Source: Lama glama (taxonomy: Eukaryota). From it: DNA of 64,000 nt. Shown here piece by piece: positions 48,592 to 64,000 of this stretch. Location of the stretch: NCBI GenBank assembly GCA_028534125.1, contig CM052832.1, positions 6,388,001-6,452,000 of the forward strand. The letters run 5' to 3'. The notes under the pieces are model-generated. The model saw only the letters and a list, made by a program, of their open reading frames with translations. It made no database searches and was not told where the DNA came from. The stretch's first letter is position 1. Each line of letters opens with the position of its first letter. The translations under genes were made by a program, and so were the position numbers.

Positions 48592-48945
48592 TGTTAGGGA
48601 TTGAATGTGCCCTGCTCCCCCATTAAATTCATATGTTGAAGCCCTGACCCACAGTGTGGCTGTATTGGAGAAGTCATCAAGGTTAAACGAGGTCATGGGG
48701 CAGGACCCTGATCCTTACAAGAAGAGACACCAGGGAGCCTACTTTCTCTCTCTGTGTGCCAACATCAAGGGAAGGCCAGGTGAGCTGAAGGCAGCCAGCT
48801 ACAAGCCAGAAAGAGGGCTCTCATCAGTACCCAAATTTGTTGGCTCCTTGATCTGAGACTTTCCAACCTCCATTATCATGAGAAAGTAAATTACTGCTTT
48901 TATAATTCAAAACTAAGGATTCACTGTACATTGGTGGGGCTATTG
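48592..48945 (+). mobile_element. ERVL-MaLR LTR (MLT1A-like)
   Basis: tgttagggattgaatgtg...aaattcatatgttgaagccctgaccc...aggttaaacgaggtcatgggg...ccttgatctgagactttccaacctcca. Confidence 0.75.
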
Positions 48946-48996
48946 TGTTTATAGACTGTTTTAACACTTCATGACTCTCTCTCTTTGGTATTATAT

Positions 48997-49015
48997 GGTC
49001 CACAAGAGGGCGCCC
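48997..49015 (+). promoter_or_regulatory. CTCF-like motif between MEP1A and ANKRD66
   Basis: GGTCCACAAGAGGGCGCCC; core CCACAAGAGGGCGC is a 13/14 match. Confidence 0.6.
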
Positions 49016-49808
49016 ACTTTCTAGCAAACTGGATGTTAGGCCATGGAGTCAAACACTCTCGTTATAAAAATGATTTGAGGCACAATTCCTCACAAAAACA
49101 ACAAAAGATTTTAGAGAACAACTAAGAAGTTTTGAGGGAAGACCCTTCTAACCATTTAGAGATGTTGATTCAAGGATGTCCACTTCTGGGGTTTAGGTAA
49201 ACTATAACGGGGCTTGGTGATGGAGAGAGGAGATGATGAAGGGGATGGGGCAAACTGATAGGAAAAGGGAAAAACTGATACAGAAAGTGACTCATCAAAG
49301 CAAAGCAGCCACCCTCAAGGCTAATTAGGGCATCACGGAAAGATGTGAGAGATGACATCCACTAGGACCTCTTACAGGAGGTTGTAGAATTAGCAGAAAG
49401 AACACAAGCTTCTTCAATGAGGGTTTGAGTGACTCGGAGAGCATTCATTAACATCTCTGAGGCTGAGTTTCTTCAACTGCAAAATGAGAGTAATAATACC
49501 TTCCTCTTAGCGTTGTTGTAAGGCTTTAATAAATGAATACAGAGAAAGCCACACATGGTTAAGTACTGCACAAGCATCATCAGAATCCTCCTACCGCCTC
49601 TTCTCAGCACCACCACTACGCATTGTTTTTCTTCTAAGGCTTGATGATGGAAGTCCTTACGTGGACGTATCTAGATAAGGCGAGTGTGACTTCCCACGCA
49701 TAAAAGCTAAATTAAAAACAAAACTCTGATAAAGTGTGATAACATACACCAACCCTGTGGCCAAGTAATTCCACTCCTAGGTATTTACCAAAAAGAAATG
49801 AAAAAATG

Positions 49809-49966
49809 AGGGCAGAAGGTATAGCTTAGTGGTAGAGTGCATACTTAGCACGCACAAGGTCCTGGGTTCAATCCCCAGTACCTCCTCTAAAAATAAATAA
49901 TAAAACCTAATTAACTACTCCCTGCCAAAAATAATAAAAATAAAATAAATAAATAAAAGTTTAAAG
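49809..49966 (+). mobile_element. tRNA-derived SINE (Vic-1-like) inserted in an L1 fragment
   Basis: GGTATAGCTTAGTGGTAGAGTGCATACTTAGCACGCACAAGGTCCTGGGTTCAATCCCCAGTACCTCC plus A-rich tail; imperfect aaaagaaat TSD. Confidence 0.88.
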
Positions 49967-49969
49967 AAA

Positions 49970-50900
49970 AGAAATAAAAATATGTGTAAAACAATGTTCG
50001 TTGTACCCAATGTTCATTGCAGGTTTTGGGGGGGAGTGGGTTGTAGTAAGAACCTTTAACATAAGATCTATACTTTTGACAAAATTTTAAGTGCACAAAA
50101 GTCTTGTTGACAACAGGTGTGATGTTGTGCATCAGATCTCTAGAACTTATTCATCTGGCATAAATGAAACAATTCCCACTGAATAGCAACTCCCAGTTTC
50201 CCCTTCCTCCCAGCTCCTGGCAACTACAATTTCACTTTCCGCTTCTATGAATTTGGCTGTTTCACACACCTCATCTAAGTGGAATCATGTAGTATCTGTC
50301 CTTCTGTGACTGGCTTGTTTAACAGAGCAGAATGTCCTCCAGTTTCATCCACACTATTGCACTTGGAGGATTGCCTTCCTTTTGAAGGCTAAATAATACT
50401 CCATTGTGTGTAGACACGACATTTTCTTTATCCATTCATCTGTCGATGGACATTTAGGTGGTTTCCTAAGTGGCTATTGTGAATAACGCTTCATTGCCGT
50501 TTTAATCATAATGGCTTCAAACTGAAAGCAACCCAAGTGTCCACCAAATGGTGACTTTTTAAAAATTGCTTTATTCATCCAGGGAAAAAACTACTGACAC
50601 AGTCAATAACATAGATGAATCTCAAACACGTTTTGTTGAATGAAAGAAGCCAGACAGTTAACAATGAGTACTAAAGATTTTCTTACATGAAGTTCAGGAA
50701 TAGGCCAAACTAATTCAGGGAGAAAAAGAAGTCAGAACAGAGGTTAGAGGGGACAGGGATTGACTGAAAAGGGGCCTGGGGGGACCATCTTGGGCTCTAA
50801 GAATGTTCTAGCCCTATTTAGGGCGGACATTTCACAGGTATACACATTAAGCTGCTTATTTAAGCTTTGTGCATTTGATGTATATAAATCATACCCCAAA
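49970..50900. mobile_element. Nested L1 3' fragments (antisense piece about 50045-50490 inside an older sense piece)
   Basis: ttttctttatccattcatctgtcgatggacatttaggtggtttcc (-); gatgaatctcaaacacgttttgttgaatgaaagaagccagaca (+). Confidence 0.7.
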
Positions 50901-51199
50901 AACATTTTAGTTCTTTGGGAAAATAAGACAAAGCACCACAAAACACAGACTGTGATGTTTAACTAGCCAAAAAGAGCTCTCCAAACAAAGCTGAGCTACC
51001 AAGATACCCTGAAGGCTGCACACACAGAGACAGCTTCCCTGGCAAAGAGACAGCAGCATGGAGTGATGGATGAAGCAAGAGCAACTTTCCAGAAGACTGT
51101 GCACATCCACAGCCATTCAGAAAAAGCATCAGCTGACAGAGGCCGCCCAGCAGAGGCTTCCCTCTGTGACAGCTGAGTTGGCATCGAGCACAAGGGAGG

Positions 51200-51830
51200 T
51201 CTGTGAAGAGCGGTGACGAGGGGCTGGTCCTGAGCATTTGTCCGTTTTCTATGAAAACGTCTGTTGGTTTGTCTGTTCACCCTGCAGCCGGGTCCTCTGC
51301 TCTCCCTCCAAAGTCCGTCCGTAATCCGGCCGCTTTTCATGGCCTTCACCGCGGCCACCGCAGCCCAAGCCACCATCATCTCTAGCCTGGTTACGGCAGT
51401 GAGCCGGTTCCCGGCGCCCCTGCTTCCACCCTCCCGGTCCACGGCCTGTTACGCGCGCAGCAGCCGGAGAGATGCGGTTCAAAGGCCGCAGTGGTTTTCC
51501 GTGACCCTTAAAACAAAATGCCCGATTCTTGCGTGGCCCCCCAGGTCCCCACGAACCCGCCGCCCACCTCTGTGACCGCAGCTCCTTCCCTGCATCGCCG
51601 CCACCCTCGCCCCCGCCGGCTTCCTGCTTCAACCACCGTGGCTTCTCACTGCAGCTTCCAGATTCTGAATCCGTCCCAGGCACCAAGTTTCCTACTTGCC
51701 GTTCTCGCCACTTGGAAGGATGCTTCTCCACAGCTTCTTGCTTTGCCTTCACTGAGGTCTCTGTTCAAGGGCCTCTCCTTGGAGGGACCCTCCCTGTCTC
51801 CCTCTTTATCAAATGGCACCCCAGGAAAGG
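51200..51830 (+). mobile_element. L2 LINE fragment, unusually CpG-rich
   Basis: cccaagccaccatcatctctagcctgg...cccctgcttccaccctc...cagcagccggagagat matches the L2a 3' region; an L2 tail resumes at about 52165-52350. Confidence 0.7.
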
Positions 51831-51856
51831 CGATAACCTGGTCCATTAACCCAGAG

Positions 51857-52164
51857 GATGGTTTAATTTACTTGTCGACTTCACTGGGCCAAGGGGTACC
51901 GAGATGTTTGGTCAGACATTATTCTGGCCCTTTCTGTGAGGGTGTTTTTGGATGAAATGAACATTTTAAGTTCCTAGACTGAGGAAAGCAGATTGTCCCC
52001 ATAATGTGGGTGGGCCTCACCCAATCAGTTGAAGGCCCGAATAGAACAAAAGGCTGACCTTCTCCAGGTAAGAGAGGATTCTCATGTCTGACAGCTGGTG
52101 GGGGCGGGGGGAGGAGAGGGAATCTTCTGTAGGTTCTGTTTCTGTGGAGAACCATGACTAACAC
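51857..52164 (+). mobile_element. ERVL LTR (MLT2-like) inserted in L2
   Basis: gatggtttaatttacttgtcgacttcactgggcc...tctgtgagggtgtttttggatga...ggttctgtttctgtggagaaccatgactaacaca. Confidence 0.75.
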
Positions 52165-54599
52165 AATCTGCTTTATTTTCCCCACAGCACCCATCACCAT
52201 CAGATACAGTATATATTTCTCAGTTTATTTGCTTATTACCTGCCCCCTCCTTCCTGTTAGTTCATGAGGGCAGGAACTGTGATTTATTCTCTGCTGTATT
52301 TCTACTGCCCAGCACATAGTAGGTGCTCAGTAAATGCTCAATGGATTATTCTATTTGAAAACCCATTGAAGAATCAATAAAAGGCTTTCTCTCACAACAC
52401 CAGACATCTAGAGTGGTGGTTCTCCACTTTTGCTGCACATGAGGCTCAATAAGAACCTTTCATGGATTTTATTTTATACTTTTAAAACATGATTTTGAGA
52501 CAAGGTTTGTGGGCTTCACCAGACAACCAAAGAAGTCCATGGTCTGAAAAGGTTAAGAACTTACCCTGCAACAAAAAAGGCCGGAGGGCAGGAATGACAT
52601 CTTCCTCCTTAGTCGCAGCACTTAGCACCAGGCAGATGCTCAGCACATCTTTACTGAGCAGAGGGAGAGACAGGGGCGCCTCAGTGGGCCTGGTAGCTTG
52701 CATGGGCTGAGCACAGTCTTTGTGTCAGGCCCTGTGTGAAGTGCTGTGCATGTCTCTGTCACTTCATTCTCACAGTGACAACCCTTGGAAGACAGTACAT
52801 TATTTCCAAGGTCCAGCACCTCACAGATCTGTCTGACTGGGCATCCAGGCTTTTAACCACTGCCTCCCAGGGGTACCTCTTCCCGGGCTATGCCAGCACT
52901 TTCCTAGTGGGTCTTCCTGCCTCCATTCCCCCGCTCCAATCTGTCTGCAGTGCAACCGTGTCATCCCCCGCACCCCACCTTAAATCCCTTCAGGCTTCTT
53001 GGTCCCACAGCCAATGGTAAGCAGCCTTCGTTCACCCTCACATAAAACTGGTCCCTCCTCTCATGAAGACTCCTTTTCAAATTCCCAGGAGAAGATTTTT
53101 TTTTTTCCTTTCTTTTTAATCATCCAGATGGGGTAAGAAAGTTGAAGTGGGGGCAACAGAAATCCCCGAGTCCAGCCTACTCTTAATGAGGGCATCTTGG
53201 GTACCCCAGAAAGGTGCCCATCCATCTAGACACCTCAGGGCAGGGAGTCCTGGCTGTTAACGGACCCTCCTGTATACCCTCCTGCCTCTAGTACTGGGTC
53301 CTACCCGGACCCAGCAGGTCTGGGAGGCGGCCCCATCCCCAACATTTCCCAGTTCATCCCATCCCAGCCCCTGGCCCACAACCCCTGGTCATTAATGTCC
53401 CTCTGAAAATGGGAGCCCAGACCAGATCCAGACCAGATGACCACCCTCCAATTCTGACTCCAGGCAAGATTTCCCTGCCCTTTGGTCAGTTCAGCAGCCA
53501 GTGGTCAGTGCCCAGAAGGGCCAATTGCCCCAGAGGAAGAGTGGCTAGGGGGTCACTCAGGGTCCAAAGATGATGATGAGGGGGAGAGGGCAGTGAAGCC
53601 CACCCTGCTTCTGAGGATCCGAGGAAGGTAGAGACCCCAGGGGGGTCCCCGCTGAGATGGGAGGTGTGAACCCACAGCTCCAACCCATATGGGCCCAGCT
53701 CAGGGTCACATGTCTGAGTGTGGCCTTTCTGAGGGTGTGGCCAGGGCTGATGGTAGACAGGAAATTGTGAAGAGGGGGCACCTTGGGGGACTGAGGTCTC
53801 TGAATAGACAGGGGGATCAGTGAGGGGAATGAGGGTCCAATGAGGGAGGGGGCTCGCCCGTTGGGGTGGGGAAGTCCATCAGTGAGGGGGACTCGCGAGG
53901 AGACAGGACTCAGTGTAAGTGATGGAGGGGAAAACTATGGAAGTTTCTTTTCCCACAGTAGGAGGCTCAGTGTTGCAGCCTGCGCTCTTTTTAGCCCACC
54001 CTCCTCCTCCCTTCCTCCCCTCCTCCCTCGCCCTCCCCGCCTCACCCGCATCAGCCCACAAGCCTCTGTGTAGGCTGCGTGCGGTTAGTGGTGGGGAAGT
54101 GTGAACTCAGAGAAAGGATGGAAACTCTGCACAGAGGTCAAGCGCAATGCGTGTGAGTGGGTTGGGGTGAGGGTGGGCTGTCCAGGACAGAAATCAGAGA
54201 TCTCTGTGTCCCCTGAGTTCAGCCTCATATTCCAGAACCGTCAGCCCAGGGCCTTCCCCCTTCCTGCTCCTAGGAGAATTTCGTTGGTCCAGCTGGAGTT
54301 GTTCCCTCTGATTGTGGACCAATATGGCAAGCAGGAACCACCCCTGTGAACGGCAGGACACAGAGAAGAGGAACTGATGCTCAGGATGAAGAAACACTGG
54401 AAGAGGAATCCTCCACAGCTACACCACTTTCCTGTAAGATGCTCAGGCATTTATTCGTTTCAGAAAATTCAAACCAAGCATGGCCTGTAAGCAGTGAGAA
54501 ATGCGTAATAAGGATGATCTTAAGTGGCCAAAGACATTGATTCAGGCAGAGCAATTAGTAAACCTAGAATGGGGCTGTAAATGTTTCCTGGCTTCTATT

Positions 54600-54930
54600 G
54601 CTGTGCTGTCTGATAGGGAAAAGCAAGCCACCGCAAGCCTCCTATGGAATTTTAACCATTCTACTAGCCACATTGTTTAAAAAGTGAACCGAGAAAGGCA
54701 AAATTCATGTTAGTAATGTATTTTATTTAATGCAATATTCAAAAGATTATCCCTTTAATATGTAATCAATATTTATTATTAATAAGCTATTTTTCACTTT
54801 TGTCCTGTCTTCAAAATATGGTATGCATTTTACATTTATAGCACATCTTAATTTGGATGCAATATTTTCATTGGAAATGTCTAATCTGTACTTAGATTTC
54901 CTAAGCTGCACAGTTGCTCAAGTGGAGCTG
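54600..54930. mobile_element. MER3/MER33-like hAT fossil
   Basis: gtgctgtctgatag...attctactagccacatt...tttacatttatagcacatcttaatttggatg. Confidence 0.55.
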
Positions 54931-55225
54931 TAATCACATGTTCCATTATTTTATGCTCTCTCTCATTATGAAGTGGGATGAAATTAATTCAAGGGGTTTT
55001 TTTTTTTCCTCACTGAGCTGATCTGTTGCCCAGATTGTTTCTCTCATGGAGAAGGGATCGTTGGTTAAAAATGGCCCTGCTGAGATTGTCGGTTTCTACT
55101 CCAAGGGAAAATAGCTAGAAACTGGGAAATATCTTCCTTCACCTCTTAGCTTGGTCTATGTGACAACAAATAATTTTTTTTCATAGATTGATAATGTTGC
55201 AGATTTTTGAGATTTTGTTACTTTC

Positions 55226-55231
55226 TTTATT
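55226..55231 (-). terminator. Candidate ANKRD66 polyadenylation signal AATAAA
   Basis: First non-SINE AATAAA downstream of the stop, about 450 nt away. Confidence 0.4.
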
Positions 55232-55281
55232 GAAATAATCAAGTTTCCTTAGGAGGAGATTTTTCTTTGCCCTTGAAATTC

Positions 55282-55428
55282 TAATTTTTTTAATTTTTAA
55301 TTTTTTTGGGGGGGAGGTAATTAGATTTATTTATTTATGATTTTTTTTTTAATAGAGGCACTGGGGATTGAACCCAGGACCTTGTGTGTGCTAAGCATGC
55401 GCTCCACCACTGAGCTATACCCTCCCCC
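55282..55428 (-). mobile_element. tRNA-derived SINE (Vic-1-like) in presumptive ANKRD66 3' UTR
   Basis: SINE body in reverse; TSD tgcccttgaaattc (55268-55281) / tgcccctgaaattc (55429-55442). Confidence 0.9.
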
Positions 55429-55681
55429 TGCCCCTGAAATTCGAGAATTGCCTATGGGAGCTCAGGGGATGCTGATGGTGCAAATCATTGATGACAAAAT
55501 GCAAACAGCTGACATTTGTCCCTTTCTGAACATTCTGGTGCACAGCAAGTACTGACAAGGAGGAAACAGCCGGTGGAGGGAGCCCCAGGCAGGACTTCCA
55601 GCCCCCGCTGCTGGTAGAAGCCGTTGCGGGGAGCCTCTCGCGCTGGAAATCACGGCTCCAGGCCCTGGGATGCCCGCCTTC

Positions 55682-61391
<5,710 letters not shown>

Positions 61392-62659
61392 TTAGGAAAT
61401 TCTCTACAATTCTTTTACTCCTAGTGAGTGATTCCAAAGGATTCCTTATCATTGACTTTCTTCTTACCTCAGCCATTTGTATCCAGGGTGGCTTCACAAG
61501 TGTGGTCTACAGAGTGTATATTTGGATCTTAGCTACTGTGGTTTGTGCCTGCTGATCCCCCACCCCCCACCAAAACTATCAGTGGCTCCTTCCTGCTTGT
61601 AGGACTAGAGGCTAAACTTACGGGCTGACATTTGCTATTTGGCTTCAAACCACTTCTCAGTACTACTTCCCACCCTTGCTCCAAAGGGCCAGCAATGTGA
61701 TACTGAGTTAGTTGCGTAATTCTTTGCCTAATCTTTCTCACCCATGGAATGGGTATAATTAGCCAGGGTCTTGCGTTAGGTTTACACTGGACACAGAACA
61801 GGGACCCCCTGGAAATTAAAGACTTGCTACACCAATTCAGGAGATGGACAAGGTGTAAAGACACAAACAAAATAGCTAAAAATTGTTTATAACATGTAAG
61901 ACAAACCAACAGTTCTCAAACTGTGGTCTATAGACATGTAGGGGTCCCTGGAACCCTTTTAGGGGATCCATGAAGTCAAAACTGTTTTCATTATAATAGT
62001 CAAAGGTCACTGGTTTTATTCACTGTGCAGACAATGGGTCTGATAGTGTAAGAGTCATCTTGGGGACCAGCGACGGTGGAGGATCCCAACTCAGACACAG
62101 CACATCTATGGCAGGGAGGCACATTCTGAAAAGTGGAAGTAGCTCCAACTTTAATGCTCAGACCAAGAGTCCACAAACTCTTCCTGTAAAGGACCGGATA
62201 GGAAATTTTGTAGGGTTTGTAGTACAAAAGGCAAAATCAAGACTATTCTGTAACAAAAGAGAAACTCCTGCTCTGTTTAGCAGGGGTGGGCCATCCTGGG
62301 GGAGGAAGGGTTGTTGGTGGTGGGTAAGCACACTTTGTGCCCAGAAGCCTTAGCTGGAGGCATCTTCAGGGCACAGGATGTGTTTCATCTCTTGCTTGTT
62401 TGAGTAGAAAAATGTTACACTGGAGCATTTGGTCATTGACAAAACAAGATGGCAAATAGAAGCTCTAGAAGGATTCCGACCTGCAGGTGTCACGAAAAGT
62501 CACACCATTTTCAGAAGCAGTGTCTCACACAAGCCTTTAAGCAGGTTTATGCATAAATCAACCCCATCTGTTTCACACTTGAGTTCATATCAAGGAAATT
62601 CCGCAACTTCTCATGAGAAAGTTGCAATTCAAGTAGAAGTTTTCAATGGGGAGCCAGAG

Positions 62660-64000
62660 TATTTGCTGAGAAATTGACAAACTGATTCTAAGATCTAATC
62701 TGGAAATGCAAGGGGCTCAGAATAGCCAAAACAATCTGGAACAAGACGAACAAAGGAGGAGAGCTCACACCTCCTGGTTTCTAAACTTTCCACAAAGCTA
62801 CGGTAATCGAGACAGTGTGGTACAAAGTACACCGTGTGGCACAGAGTTAGACACATAGAGCAATAGACTAGAATTGAGAATCCAGAAATCAACCCTCACA
62901 TTTACAGTCAATTGCTTTCAAAGGTGCCGGGAAAATTCAGTGGGGGATGAATAGTCTTTTCAAATGGTACTGACATACTTGGATGGCCACCTACAAAAAA
63001 AGGAAGTTGGTTCTCTACGCCGTGCCATCTACAGAACTTAACATAGATCACAGACAATATAAGACCTAAAACTAAACCTTTAAGAAGAAAACATGGGAGT
63101 AAATCTTCCACACAGTGGGTTAGGCAATGATTCGTAAGTGTGACAACAAAAGCTCAAGGAATAACCAAACAATTACATAAATTGCATTTCACCAAAATTA
63201 AAAATTTTGTTCTGTAAATGATACTTTGAGAAAGTGTAAAAGCAACTACAGAATTGGTGACAATATTTGGAAATCATATGTCTGATAAGGGACTTGCATC
63301 CAGAGTGAATAAAGAACTCCTACAACTCGACAATGAAAAAAAAAAAACTCAGTTAAAAATAGTCAAAGAATATAAACAGAAGTTTTTTTCCCAAAGGATA
63401 CAAAGCCAATAAGGACACGAAAAGATGCTCAGCATCGTTAGTCAATAGGGAAATGCAAAACCACAGTGAGACACCACTTCACAACCGCTAGGATGGCTAT
63501 CATTAAAAAGACAAAAAAAAAAAAAAGAGAGAGACAAACAGCAAAAAGCATGAGAATGTGGGGGAACTGGGATCCTCATGCACTGTGGTGGGAATACAAA
63601 ATGGTGCAGCCAGTTTGGAAAGCAATTCGGTAACTCTTCAAAAGGTTAAACATGGAGTTATCATACGACCAGTAATTTCACTCCTAGTGTAAACCGAAAA
63701 GAACTGAAAACATATGTCCACACAAAAACATGTACACACATGTTTATAGCAGCATCATTCATAATAGTGAAAAAGTGGAACCAATCCAAATGTCCATTAA
63801 TGGATGAATGCCTAAACAAAACGTGGGGTATTCATACACTGGAATAGCATTTGACAATAAAAAAAGATGAAGCACTGATACATGCTACAACATGTATGAA
63901 CCTTGAAAACATGCTAAGTGAAAGAAGCCACTCACAAAAGACCACATAGTGTATGAGTCCATGTACGTGAAACGTCCAGAATAGGCAAATTTATAGAGAT
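62660..64000 (+). mobile_element. Degenerate L1 ORF2 C-terminal region and start of 3' UTR, running off the window
   Basis: gaaattgacaaactgattcta...aatagccaaaacaatc...aaagctacggtaatcgagacagtgtggtac...tggtgggaatacaaaatggtgcagcc; stops and frameshifts present. Confidence 0.85.

Noticed and set aside
50996..51955. Cluster of 100-170 aa ORFs on both strands
   Set aside because: They lie in a GC-rich L2 fossil; stop-codon scarcity explains them
62660..64000. Possible active L1 reverse-transcriptase gene
   Set aside because: 5'-truncated with many stops and frameshifts

Overview
Mammalian genomic DNA, not prokaryotic. It is most likely a camelid, inferred from eight copies of a tRNA-Ala-like SINE resembling the camelid Vic-1 family. 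The window holds three intron-containing genes in the order known from human 6p12.3. (1) The 3' part of ADGRF5/GPR116 on the + strand: GAIN/GPS + 7TM exon, four small exons, stop at 5547-5549, 3' UTR to about 6970. (2) A complete 14-exon MEP1A (meprin A alpha) on the - strand: ATG 38463, stop 15835, 2226-nt CDS = 741 aa, all GT-AG introns, HExxHxxGxxH zinc motif, activation site and RQKR furin site intact. (3) ANKRD66 on the - strand: three coding exons, 197 aa from ATG 61337. The rest is introns and intergenic DNA with SINEs, MIR, L1, L2, LTRs, hAT DNA-transposon fossils and microsatellites. I found no evidence of a new gene family or novel biological system, and almost all other ORFs in the track are noise. 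The most interesting observations are regulatory or lineage-specific: five CTCF-like motifs (one inside a MER20, one with an upstream module), an intestinal/kidney TF motif cluster at the MEP1A promoter, a CpG-island-like patch on an ancient L2, a 233-nt pure pyrimidine tract, inverted SINEs flanking the ANKRD66 last exon, a T27 run before the ANKRD66 start codon, and apparent indels in MEP1A versus human. Repeat family names, repeat boundaries and all human comparisons come from recall and visual inspection and need confirmation by alignment.
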